A stretch of DNA of 63,443 nucleotides, filler included, from Octopus bimaculoides (GCF_001194135.2; 5 parts of 4 records of this genome joined end to end with filler, not necessarily neighbours in it), one strand, 5' to 3'; positions 41,053 to 51,687 are shown, counted from the whole stretch's first letter. Notes: generated from the letters alone by a model not told the origin. Translations and numbers: made by a program.

Positions 41053-41742
41053 GCAGCGATTAGAACCTAAAGGCAAAATTAATAGAGGTCACGAAAGTGA
41101 CAGAAGGTACTGACTTGCACCGCTTTTGCTAAAGATAAGAGTTAAACTAACTCAAAGCCACAAAAGCACTGTCTTAAGTGACTGACAAAGGGAGGTAAGT
41201 CCCCAGCGTACATAGCCGGTTCGCTATTTCGGATTTTGATGTTGACCATCTTAATCCTTACCAGCAGACGTTTCCAAGCTAGCTTGGAAACGTGTGCTCT
41301 TATCTTTAGCAAAAGTGGTGTTAGTCAGTACTCTCTGTCACTTTTATGACCTCTATTAATTTTGTCTTTAGGTTCTAATTGCTAATAAGCCACTCTTTTT
41401 AACTTGTTGTTTACACTTTCACTGTTTTGCAAATCAGCACATGTCTTCAACGGTTTTTCTTATAAGACTAACTGAGGTAGTTGAGTTTAACCCTAGACGT
41501 TAAGAGCCGCTGATAAGGATTAAGATGGTCTACATGAAAATCCGAAATCGTGATCCGGCTATGTACGCTGGGGACTTACTGTCGTTGTCAGTGACTTAAG
41601 GCAGTTTTTGTGGCCTTGAGTTAGTTTAACTCTTATCTTTAGCAAAAGCGGTGTTAGTCAGTACCCTCTGTCACTTTTGTGAGCTCTATTAATTTTGTCT
41701 TTAGGTTCTAATTGCTAATAAGCGACTTTTTTAAAATTTGTT
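41053..41742. mobile_element. Retrozyme/pLTR-like element: 333-bp unit as a 1.3-mer plus an inverted partial copy, with a hammerhead motif
   Basis: CTCTTATCTTTAGCAAAAG begins at both 41297 and 41630. 41053-41265 is the reverse complement of about 41505-41718. A perfect 26-bp palindrome lies at 41268-41293. Confidence 0.85.
41505..41560 (+). ncRNA. Minimal type I hammerhead-like motif (TCGYGA stem III, A at core position 8)
   Basis: AGCCG-CTGATAA-GGAT(19 nt)ATCC-GAAA-TCGTGA-TC-CGGCT: 5-bp stem I, 4-bp stem II and AUC triplet. An inverted counterpart lies at 41214-41265. Confidence 0.65.
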
Positions 41743-41751
41743 ATATATATA

Positions 41752-41891
41752 CAGGGTGAGCCAAAAGTAGGCGGACAGTAAAAAAACATTTATTTAGAGA
41801 TCACGTATACATACAACTATATGTAATAAGACAATTATATTAATGAAAATTCCTATTCCAAATACTGTCCACCTACTTTTGGCTCACCCTG
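41752..41891. mobile_element. Tc1-like MITE, 140 bp
   Basis: 29-bp TIRs CAGGGTGAGCCAAAAGTAGG(C/T)GGACAGTA with one mismatch, flanked by TA on both sides. Confidence 0.9.
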
Positions 41892-42654
41892 TATATATAN
41901 NNNNNNNNNNNNNNNNNNNNNNNNNNNNNNNNNNNNNNNNNNNNNNNNNNNNNNNNNNNNNNNNNNNNNNNNNNNNNNNNNNNNNNNNNNNNNNNNNNNN
42001 NNNNNNNNNNNNNNNNNNNNNNNNNNNNNNNNNNNNNNNNNNNNNNNNNNNNNNNNNNNNNNNNNNNNNNNNNNNNNNNNNNNNNNNNNNNNNNNNNNNN
42101 NNNNNNNNNNNNNNNNNNNNNNNNNNNNNNNNNNNNNNNNNNNNNNNNNNNNNNNNNNNNNNNNNNNNNNNNNNNNNNNNNNNNNNNNNNNNNNNNNNNN
42201 NNNNNNNNNNNNNNNNNNNNNNNNNNNNNNNNNNNNNNNNNNNNNNNNNNNNNNNNNNNNNNNNNNNNNNNNNNNNNNNNNNNNNNNNATATGTGTGATA
42301 GGCGCAGACGTGGCTGCGTGGTAAGAAGTACAGTGGAGACGTATAAGGAAACCGAAGAAAAACAAACATAAAGGGTAGTTAGACCAGAACGGGGGGGGGG
42401 GATAGTGAACGCTGGGAGAAATATTTTCTTCGAAAAGAGAAAAGATAGAAGAGAGAGAGAGAGATAGAAGACGTCCAGTCCTTAGGACGTCGTGCAGGGA
42501 AAGAAAGATGGTCACGCGAGGAAAAGAGAGAGGGTTACGCGAGGGAAAGAAAGATGGTCGATGGTCATGTGTGAGCAACGAGAGAGAGAAAAAGAGAGAG
42601 ATGTGCATGTATAAGTACATAGGTACATATGAGTATGTATTTACACATGCCTAT

Positions 42655-42669
42655 ATCTATCTATCTATC

Positions 42670-42700
<31 letters not shown>

Positions 42701-42711
42701 CTATCTATCTC

Positions 42712-42776
<65 letters not shown>

Positions 42777-42805
42777 CTATCTCTATCTATCTATCTATCT
42801 CTATG
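42655..42805. repeat. (TCTA)n/(TC)n compound microsatellite
   Basis: Direct reading. Confidence 0.95.
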
Positions 42806-43789
42806 TACGTACGTATGTACGTATTTCATATATCATTTATCATTATATAGTCTACTAATAAGTATACCATTTTTTCGTATACGTATAACTACATTTATGC
42901 ATATTTTGCACTTATGTTATATGTCTTAATATATTCATAAGGGAGTGTTCCAAAAACCAAAATCTACTTGTTTATGCGTGTTTCTACGTGTGTATGCGTG
43001 TATGCACGAGTTTATGTACTAGTGTGTGTTGGTTATAGTGTGAATGTGACAATACATAAAACAAAATATTTTGAAGAGTGTAGTGGTAGAAACACACATA
43101 GTATTAATAGTAATAGTAACATAGCAGCAGCAGTTGTAGTAGTAGAAGTAATATCAGCAGTCACTGTCGTGGTAGGAACAGCAGCAAAAGTAACGACAGT
43201 ATTAGCTACAGACGAAAGCTAAGCTTTGGGGTGGGTGTTTTTTGTTCTTTTTTTTTCGTTTGCTTTTTGTAAACATTTTATCTTCACTACTGAAAAGTAG
43301 ATACTGTAGTTAAATTACATGTATTTTCTTTTGTATTATCCCTTTAATGGCGTCCGCCGTTTTCAAAGCGATTGTGTATTATGTGTGAGAGTGAATGATA
43401 GGATGTTATGCGTGTTGCATTGTCTGTGCGTTACAGTGTGTTATATACAGATAGCCGTGACGGTAGTTTTCTCTGACCAGTTTGTCTCTACTTTTGTTGT
43501 CAGAGTCCCTCTGTTGGGCTGGGATTTGGGCTCTGCTTTACCATGGCACAGATCGACAATCGATTAAATTGATTAGAATTTTACTGGTACAGGTACAGCA
43601 TCAATTTTCCGGAATGTTTGGTTCTAAAGCTTTCTGGATTACTGATTTTTCGGAATTAAAGAGTGATCACCTTGATCAACACACTTTAAATTAAAATATC
43701 AAATTAACTTAAATACTTCGGGTTGTTTTTTGTTTTTTGTATCTACTTTTCAAAATTCCTTATGTGAATTCGTGTGTTGAAGTTACTGA

Positions 43790-43831
43790 GTCACTGAGGA
43801 GATTGCAAAAAAGCAACGAAAGGGCTTTGAC
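43790..43831 (+). ncRNA. Candidate minimal type I hammerhead motif (fourth family)
   Basis: GTCA-CTGAGGA-GATTGC(AAAAAA)GCAAC-GAAA-GGGC-TT-TGAC: stem I GTCA/TGAC, stem II with one bulged A, intact CUGANGA and GAAA, CUU triplet. Confidence 0.55.
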
Positions 43832-44061
43832 CAAAAAATAGGATATTTAATAAATGAGTGGAATTGAACTAGTGTGTGTGTTAATAAACTTAAATAGTTA
43901 AATGAAATATAAGTACATCTACATTAGTATAAATGATACAAGTTAATTAATATCTGTATAAGGTAAGCTAGTCTGGAGATCGCAGAAATTTGAGGTTCCT
44001 GCTCGTAAATTAATGCGGGTTAGAAGTTCCACATCATCAGTGTCTAGATAGTGGTGTGCCT

Positions 44062-44180
44062 ATATTTTATTTTTATCGACCCCGAAAAGATGAAAGGCAA
44101 ACCTAACTTCGGTGGTATTTGAACTCAGTATGTAAAAAGCAGGAAGAAATACTACAAGGGCTTTTTTGTCAGACGTCCTA
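44062..44180 (-). mobile_element. SINE family A fragment
   Basis: TTTATCGACCCCGAAAAGATGAAAGGCAAA...ATTTGAACTCAG. Confidence 0.75.
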
Positions 44181-45617
44181 CTCTTTTTCTCTATATAGCG
44201 AAGGGAGAGACAGAGAAACAGAGAGGGATGACTAGTTTCAGCATTTTACACTTTGCCAAAAATCGGTCATTCATTTTCTGAACCACAGAGAGAATAGTAG
44301 CTTATAACTATTTATAGCATATACAAACACGACTTAAACTAATTTGGTCTGCCCTAATTTGCATAACAGTGCAGTCATTGTAACATGACGTAATTCATTT
44401 GCAATTAATTCATAGAAGCATTACACACAGTGTTAGAATAATTATATATGCAAGCTAACTTAAAGGTGTGTGATTTTAGTAAGCATATTTTTAGCGGAAG
44501 TTATATGTATATTTATCTCAACACCGTATGGTGCTTCTAGTAATTAACAGCATTAGTACCATCGTTTGCAGCACCACCATCTCCGTTTCCCTGTTGCTCT
44601 GTTCCTACCATTGCTAATATAAACTGAAGACAAGCCCTACTCCATCTTTAGTACGAACAGCATCTAGCAATAGAAGTGGTTGTAGTAAATTTAATTACAA
44701 AGTGAGAGGAGATGGGCAAGTTCCACTGTCAGACTGGTATGGTTGATGTTCTGTTAGATCTACCTGCATCTGATAGCAAGCCCACATAGAGAAATTTGAT
44801 CAACCAGAACAAAACTGCTTTCGTTCACCGGACATGGATTTCGTCTCAAAGTTCTTTTTTTTTTTTTTTTCTTCGGGAAGAAATTCAGCAGATAGTCACG
44901 ATTCTCCCAATGGCTCCCAGGGCGCCGGACCAGTGTACAGGTTGAGCCTCTCCTCATAGGATTTTTTAGTTATTACCCTCACTTTCTCCTCTTCTTATTC
45001 CTGATTGACACAGACATTTCGAACACTCTGCGCTTTTTCACTTCCAAACACAATCGAAAAGGAGGGTGTAGAGATTCTACACCTACCCTTTCGATTAACC
45101 AACACAATGTAACCCGACACCTTCCTACTGCACAACACAACCCCAAACCATCTGGTGTTTCATGTCAACTAATTGTGTGGAGTTCTGCCTGTTGTAATGT
45201 TCGTATTTGGAGGAGGTTTTGGTGATAATAGAAGGCTGAGAGATGTTATGGTGTTGTTAGTAGTTTGGAGAGGATTATAGTTGTTTGGTTCCAGATCAGC
45301 AGACCTATGATCAAAGGTATACAAACCGCGAGCAGTTTGTATTTTATTCGGGCATTGTGCATCTAGGACTAAATACATTTTTAAAGACAGCAGCGTGTTA
45401 TTTGAAGGATATTTGGTTTGTATTTTTAGTAGGTTCAGAAACTCTATAGAGGCTCCTTCGTTGGCTCGAGGTGGTTGTAGTTGTCGCTATTGCTTAGCAG
45501 GTAGAACTGGGTTAAGGCTAACTGGTGCCCTGACATAACCCAGTAATGGCCCCCCTCTCGATCTTGCCATTCTTCTACTAACAAGACATCAAAACATTAC
45601 TATATACAGATTCCTTA

Positions 45618-45815
45618 AGGGGGCGAGCTGACAGAATTGTTACCGCGTCTGACAAAATGCTTATGTTCTTATTTCAAATTCCGCCGAGGTCGACTTTGAC
45701 CCTCATCCTTTCAGTATCAATAAATTAAGTACCAGTCAAGCACTGGGGACGATTTAATCGACTAGACCCCTCCCACAAAATTTCAGGTCATGTACCTATA
45801 GTAGAAAGGATTATA
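45618..45815 (+). mobile_element. SINE family A (internal deletion in head)
   Basis: GGGGCGAGCTGACAGAATTGTTA...TTCAAATTCCGCCGAGGTCGACTTTG...TAAATTAAGTACCAG. Confidence 0.8.
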
Positions 45816-46595
45816 TATTGTTGCCTTGTCAGTTATACAAGGCAGGATCGAGTGTTGCATGTGAAATAGATTAAAGATTCAGTTTTCTTCCAGACCAGAC
45901 TCCCACAGCTGCAAGACTTGTCCAAAAAGAAACATGAGTGTAAAAGAATAAATAAAAATCCATTGTTTTACTTGCAATTTTACAAGACTTAACTATTTCA
46001 AAATGCTTCCCTCAATTCTTAATACACCGTTTCCAACGCTTTTTTCTCTTCCTTCTTTTTTACTTCCATTTCTGGAACGCATTATGGAATGTATTTTCAA
46101 CAGTGTACTGCTCTCATTACATATTCTCTTTTCTATCATTTAAAATTGGAGATTTTCCAGAATTGATTTCAACTCCGGGGGCGAGGGAGGGTTAAAAGAA
46201 AAAAGACAGCCGCAAGAGCCAAAAATTACGGATAAGAAGTGATGCGTGAGATGTTGTCGATCCAAGTCAGACTCTTTATCAATCGTTTGATCATATGGAA
46301 TAAACTCATGAAAGACACGCTCCCAATTAAAAAAAAACGAGCAGCATCGTCTTCCCAATTGAGCGGCTCTAACGGGGTTTTTCGGGGTGCGGGGTTCGGC
46401 GATGACAATTCCACTCACTGCGACAACAACCTTTTGTTTTGATATCATTGCCGTACACCCACGCTTCATCATATGTTATAACTTTTCAGACAGTTCTCAT
46501 CGACATTCGAACGATGAACCACCTCCAAACTGACTGAGTCTGAGTGAGTCGACACGGTACACATTTTGTAGTAACACAATGCATCTTCAGTTTTC

Positions 46596-46755
46596 AGCGA
46601 AGGTAAAGAATACGCACGCCCGGTGTTTAGGGTTAGGGTTAGGGTTAGGGTTCAGGGTTAAGGTTTAGGTTTAGGGTTGGGGTTTAGGGTTAGTTTTAGG
46701 ATTAGGGTTAGGGTTATGCCGAAAACGGATGGTGTGCATATTCTTTACCTCCGCC
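46596..46755. mobile_element. 160-bp MITE with internal (TTAGGG)n, 22-bp TIRs and 8-bp TSD (CAGTTTTC)
   Basis: Left AGCGAAGGTAAAGAATACGCAC vs right reverse complement GGCGGAGGTAAAGAATATGCAC. CAGTTTTC occurs at 46588-46595 and 46756-46763. Confidence 0.85.
46628..46716 (+). repeat. Interstitial telomeric-type (TTAGGG)n array, degenerate
   Basis: TTAGGG units with TTTAGG, TTGGGG and TCAGGG variants. Confidence 0.9.
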
Positions 46756-46826
46756 CAGTTTTCTTTTAAAACCATGTGACACGAAGTTTTACAGATGCCT
46801 ACTTCTTCGGAAACTTCGCGGACAGT

Positions 46827-47158
46827 TTAGCAAGAATTTGCAAGGGATTTGTCTGTTGTCATGCACTCTGCTTTTGATATGTTGATAAAAAGTCCAGCCT
46901 CTGCAGCATGTTTAGCAAGATAGTCCTAACAAGATTCATTAATTGCAGAAATGTCATCAGCGTAGTTGAGATTGGAGAGGAAGTGTTCGCCGATTCAGAA
47001 TCCAGACGAGCATTCATTTCAGTTATAGAAAGTATTGCGGCGATTACAATACAGAAGAGTATAGCTGAAAGTACATCTCCTTGCTTCACTCCTTTTAAAA
47101 CATTAACAGGTCTGAAGGTGCCAATATCAGACTTCATAAACGTTTTCTTTAATTTGAC
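46827..47158 (-). mobile_element. Non-LTR reverse transcriptase fragment (APE-type clade, RTE/L2-like)
   Basis: VNVLKGVKQGDVLSAILFCIVI, then in other frames LSNLNYADDISAI and AAEAGLFINISKAECM (QG and YADD motifs). Confidence 0.85.
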
Positions 47159-47362
47159 TTCAAATTTTGGCCGAAGGCCAGCAAGTTCGGGGAAAAGGCG
47201 TAAGTCAATTACATTGACCCAGTGCTCAACTGGTATTAATTTTATCAATATCGAAAGGATGAAAGGCTAAGTCGACCGCGGAGGAATTTGAACTCAGAAC
47301 GTTAAGATGGACGAAATGCTGCTAAGCCTTTGCCTGATGTGCTCACGATTCTGCCAGCTCGA
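47158..47362 (-). mobile_element. SINE family A
   Basis: GAAAGGATGAAAGGCTAAGTCGACCGCGGAGGAATTTGAACTCAGAACG. Confidence 0.85.
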
Positions 47363-47879
47363 ACACTTTACTCTTCCAAATCCTTCATTGTTCAACTTCA
47401 AAAACATCACCAAATACACTAAATATACATTCATTCTAGTAAGTGCAAATCGATGGCCAACTGACCTGGTGTTATGTGGCTATTGAAGTTCAAGGTCATT
47501 TATAGGCAGTACTACAATCGCAGCAAAACCGATTGGCAGGGGCGTTGTTTTAGAAATACAGTTTTTTTGCATTTCTTTGTTTTTGTTTTTACAGTATATT
47601 AGATACTTCATGCTTTTGAAGTCTTATTTATTTAACACTAAATAGCAAAAATCAATGTAAAACAAATTATTTACAAATAACTTAAACAACAAGGAAAATG
47701 CACATTTTTCAACACTTAACTGATCTTTTTAAAATCGCTTTAATTTACCATTTGCACCATGGTAAATCTGGATTTGGAAAAAAATTGTGATGTCCCTTTC
47801 CGTTGATCCCTTAACCACATTTTTACTATGTTTCATCGTTAGTACCACCCTGGCTCCAGGCCATTCTTACTCGAGCAAA

Positions 47880-48093
47880 TCTTATATTATAAAAGAGAAG
47901 CGAATTTCTGTCTGTCTGACCTGCACAACATCTATTAGAGGGGGGAGGGAGAAGGGAAGGAATCAAGTTATATGTCAGCGTATTTTTAGAAGGGAGGAAA
48001 AAAGTTGTTGAGAGAGAAACAGTGAGAGAGTGAGAGAGTGAGAAAGAGAGAGTGAGTGCGCGCGTGTGATAGCTAGTTAGCTAGCTAGGTAGC

Positions 48094-48148
<55 letters not shown>

Positions 48149-48424
48149 TGCTGCCACCATAATAACTAACAAGTTTTGATTTAAAACGCGGGAATTTTAA
48201 GCGCAAGTCTGTCAAAACAACACACTAAAAAAAGACTATATATATAGATACATAGTTATTCTTTTTTATTGTTTGTGTGTGTATATGTGTGTGTTTCTCT
48301 GTCTTTTAACTTATAGACAACGCGACACAGACTAAGAAAAGACTTTCACTTTGAATTATTTATGAAGGTACATGCATAATTAGCAACTGTTTTTACTGGC
48401 AGCGTAGCGACAGATAAAGACCTA
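47880..48424 (+). mobile_element. Possible non-autonomous Helitron
   Basis: A|TCTTATATTATAAAAG...TCTGTCTGTCTG as a 5'-like end; weak hairpin followed by CTAG|T at 48420-48425; internal (GA)n and (GATA)n tracts. Confidence 0.35.
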
Positions 48425-49221
48425 GTCTGTTATCAACGACGTTCGGCTATGACCGTCCTGTCTTTTTCTATGTGAAGAACTTTCTAATGTATTTTCCCGT
48501 TTTTTTTTTCAAAGTCAATAAGTACCATATGAAGGTGATCTGGTTACTATTTCTAGCACATCAAGCAATCATACACGGGCTCCTTTTCCATTCGGTTTAA
48601 TAGTGGTGGATTTATATTTCAAATTTAAGGCTAGTGTATCAACAATTTGCCATTTGACGCAACTCTATGACTATATTAACACCAGATCTAATGTACCAGG
48701 GGAATATCTTTAAAATTATTCGTTTCATTTGGTTAAATCATGCTTTATTCAATAATCTGTCAAAAAAAACCCTTTATTTTTAAATCGTTACATGACATGG
48801 TACTTTCTTATTATCGACAGCCAATTTTCTATTTACTAACGGATTAGTAAAAAGAAAAAGCCCCAAACACCCCATTACACTCGTGAGACGACTGTAACAG
48901 TTGATCAGTAAATCTCATGTCGAGAAAGATCCAGGAATTGAGTCTTTGCTTCATTCTGTTTTTTTTTTTTTAACATTTTTACCCTCCAATTCCATGCCCT
49001 TTTCCGGTAAATTTTTCTGGTAATTTTCTCCATGAGATAGTGATAGCTATTCCGAAAGTCCGCCAATGAACACCTTGTCTCATTAGTGTAATACTTTATT
49101 TTCTAATCTTTTAACAAATAAAAAAAAATTAGCTGTCAATAATGGAAAGTATCTAGAACACTTTTCCTATTTGACAATGAACGATACGCTTAATCAATTA
49201 GAATCAACATGTATTAAATAT

Positions 49222-49412
49222 ATATTGGTTTCGAGCTCTGGCAATTTCGTGTGGAAGGGAAGGATAGGTCAATTAGATCGACTACAGTACTCAACTGGTG
49301 CATATTTTGTCAACCCCGAAAGGATGAAACACAAAGTCGACCTCAGCAGAAAGACGGACGAAATGCCGCTAAGCATTTGTTCGGTGAGCTAACGATTCTG
49401 CCAGCTCACCGC
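49222..49412 (-). mobile_element. SINE family A (first of tandem pair)
   Basis: CCCCGAAAGGATGAAACACAAAGTCGACCTC...GATTCTGCCAGCTCACC. Confidence 0.85.
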
Positions 49413-49424
49413 CTTTACATTAAA

Positions 49425-49640
49425 TATATATTGGTTTCAAATTTTGGCATAAGGCCAGCAGTTTTGGGGGCGGGTAGGTCGATTAGATCGATCAAAGTAC
49501 TCAACAGGTACATATGTTATCGACTCCGAAAGGATGCAATGCAAAGTCAACCTTAGCGGAATTTGAACTCAGAACGTGAAGACGGTCGAAATGCCGCTAC
49601 GAATTTTTCCTGGTGTGCTAACGAATCTGCCGGCTTGCTG
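49425..49640 (-). mobile_element. SINE family A (second of tandem pair)
   Basis: CCGAAAGGATGCAATGCAAAGTCAACCTTAGCGGAATTTGAACTCAGAACG. Confidence 0.85.
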
Positions 49641-49653
49641 TCTTTATATTAAA

Positions 49654-49972
49654 CTAGCAGAAATACCCGACTTTGCCCGGGTTAAAGAGAATAATGAAAT
49701 CTAAAAACGCTGTCTAGACTACGCAACCCTCAACTGTTAGTAGCTACGATACCATATTTCTACATTAATAACTCTCCAATCCATGCCAGCATGGAACATA
49801 GACATTAAGTGGAATGCCAGTCTCTCATCTGGGAAGGCCTTGAAATCAATGTTACCAACTGGGGATTATGTGCGTCGCAGTGATAATAAAAAGACTCAAA
49901 GGAGGTCTGCAACGAAATAATTTTACTCAACACTTTGCAAGTGAATCAGTGGAGGCAAAGATGCGTCTCATT
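49654..49972 (-). mobile_element. Helitron-like 3' terminus
   Basis: Minus strand reads ACCCGGGCAAAGTCGGGT (hairpin), then ATTTCTG, then CTAG followed by T; this is the canonical Helitron 3' architecture. Confidence 0.55.
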
Positions 49973-50072
49973 NNNNNNNNNNNNNNNNNNNNNNNNNNNN
50001 NNNNNNNNNNNNNNNNTTAATTAATTAANNNNNNNNNNNNNNNNNNNNNNNNNNNNNNNNNNNNNNNNNNNN

Positions 50073-50148
<76 letters not shown>

Positions 50149-50149
<1 letters not shown>

Positions 50150-50697
50150 CGCCCGGATGCAGTACCAGGCAGTGGCTCGCATGACTTCTGATCTTAATTG
50201 ATTGGAAGTGTTGTCATGTACATTGTCTTGTCTTGGTATAAAAGATGGGTTACGGCAAATATTCTGCTCAATACCACAGATTTGCTTGCCAGTTGTTTGA
50301 CCTCAATCAGTTGAGCATGTCCCTTGGTGGCTGGCAATATATGCATCTCTGATCACGAGCAGTAGTGGGGGAGCATCATAGCCATGTGTTGAGAGGAATT
50401 CTTTGGGGTTTGAATATTTCACTTTTGGAAACATGGGTGTTTTGCTCAACATCCTTAAATAAACCTTATTCAGGGACCTTTTGAGCGGGATGGGCTACTC
50501 GACCGGAAGAAAATTCTAATTGGGCCCCACCTACGAGGTCATACGTTGTTTATTTTGATATGAGATCACCATGTCGCGCACATATAGTTTGATGCATGTA
50601 CCTGGTGTACCCTTATCAGACGGGTAGTCATGATGGGTATAATGGGCTTTGAATATTTTGCCCCAGTGTCACTTTGATGGGATGCACTGCTCTCTTA

Positions 50698-50700
<3 letters not shown>
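50149..50700 (+). mobile_element. ~550-bp non-coding repeat (family C) flanked on both sides by (TAA)n
   Basis: (TAA)n lies at 50093-50148 and 50701-50775. The element ends TTACTG(AAT)n. A second partial copy is at 23490-23760. Confidence 0.75.
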
Positions 50701-50771
<71 letters not shown>

Positions 50772-50789
50772 TAATAATCGTGCTCAAAA

Positions 50790-51685
50790 ATAATAATTAT
50801 GCTCAAAAATGATTGGATAGAATAAAATTTGCGCTTAAAATTCACTGGATGGAAGAAAATCTGCACTTAAAATTGACCGGGTGGAATAAAATCCCAACAG
50901 TTAATACGTGGCCGATAGCATGACTTCGGTATGGAGCGGGAATTATAAAATTGCAAAAAAGCGAAGTGATGAAAATGAATAGCAAGACCAGGAACATGTT
51001 GACAGTACACGGAACCTTCCACCCTAAGGGTGATCCTAAACTGGAAATTCCCAGGAAAATTTCTCAGCCCTACACAGAAGTATGGCCACGCAAATGGATA
51101 AAATGATTAACAACGGCGTACAAATCTCAAAGTGGCTAACCACAGGTAAAACAATTCTTTGCCAAAGGGATCCCAACAAAGGCAATGCAGTGGATAATTA
51201 TCGGCCTATCACCTGTCTGCCCCTGATGTGGAAGCTGATGACAGGAATAATATCATCCTGGAACAGAAAAGATGCAGAAGGAAAAGCCGAGGAACAAAAG
51301 AACAACTTCTGGTAGACAGAATGGTACTGAATGACTGCAAGAAAAGACTTACTAATCTGGGCATGACGTGAATCGATTATAAGAAAGCGTATAACATGGT
51401 CCGCTATTCCTGGATTTTAGAAAATCTTGAGCTGGTACAGATGTCTGATAACATATCAAATTTTATTATGAGATCAATGAAAAACTAGAATACAGCGATA
51501 ACTTCGCGTGGAAAATTTTTTGGCGAGGATTAACATCAAGAGAGACATATTTCAAGGAGGTAGCCTATTACCATTGCTGTTTGTGCTTTGTATGATATCC
51601 CTCACACAGATACTACGGAAAGTGAGATCGGGGTAGATCTTGAAAAGTGAAGGAAAATTAAATCATTTGTTGTATATGGCATATA
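50790..51685 (+). mobile_element. R4/Dong-like non-LTR retrotransposon fragments (post-RT piece followed by RT)
   Basis: KLTGWNKIPTVNTWPIA*LRYGAGII...KTRNMLTVHGTFHPKGD, then [70 protein letters not shown] and KLNHLLYM. Confidence 0.9.
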
Positions 51686-51687
51686 TA

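Larger units (their letters stand above)
46140..46826 (-). mobile_element. Mariner transposase fossil interrupted by a MITE
   Basis: TVREVSEEVGICKTSCHMVLKE | KMHCVTTKCVP..LT...KVITYDEAWVYGNDIKTK...HEFIPYDQTIDKE; the two sides are collinear across the 46596-46755 insertion. Confidence 0.85.

Noticed and set aside
43530-43575. Kozak-like ACCATGG start
   Set aside because: The ORF is only 9 codons and there is no supporting gene structure.
46859-47248. 129-aa ORF as an intact RT gene
   Set aside because: Its N-terminus is SINE sequence, and the RT motifs are split over several frames.
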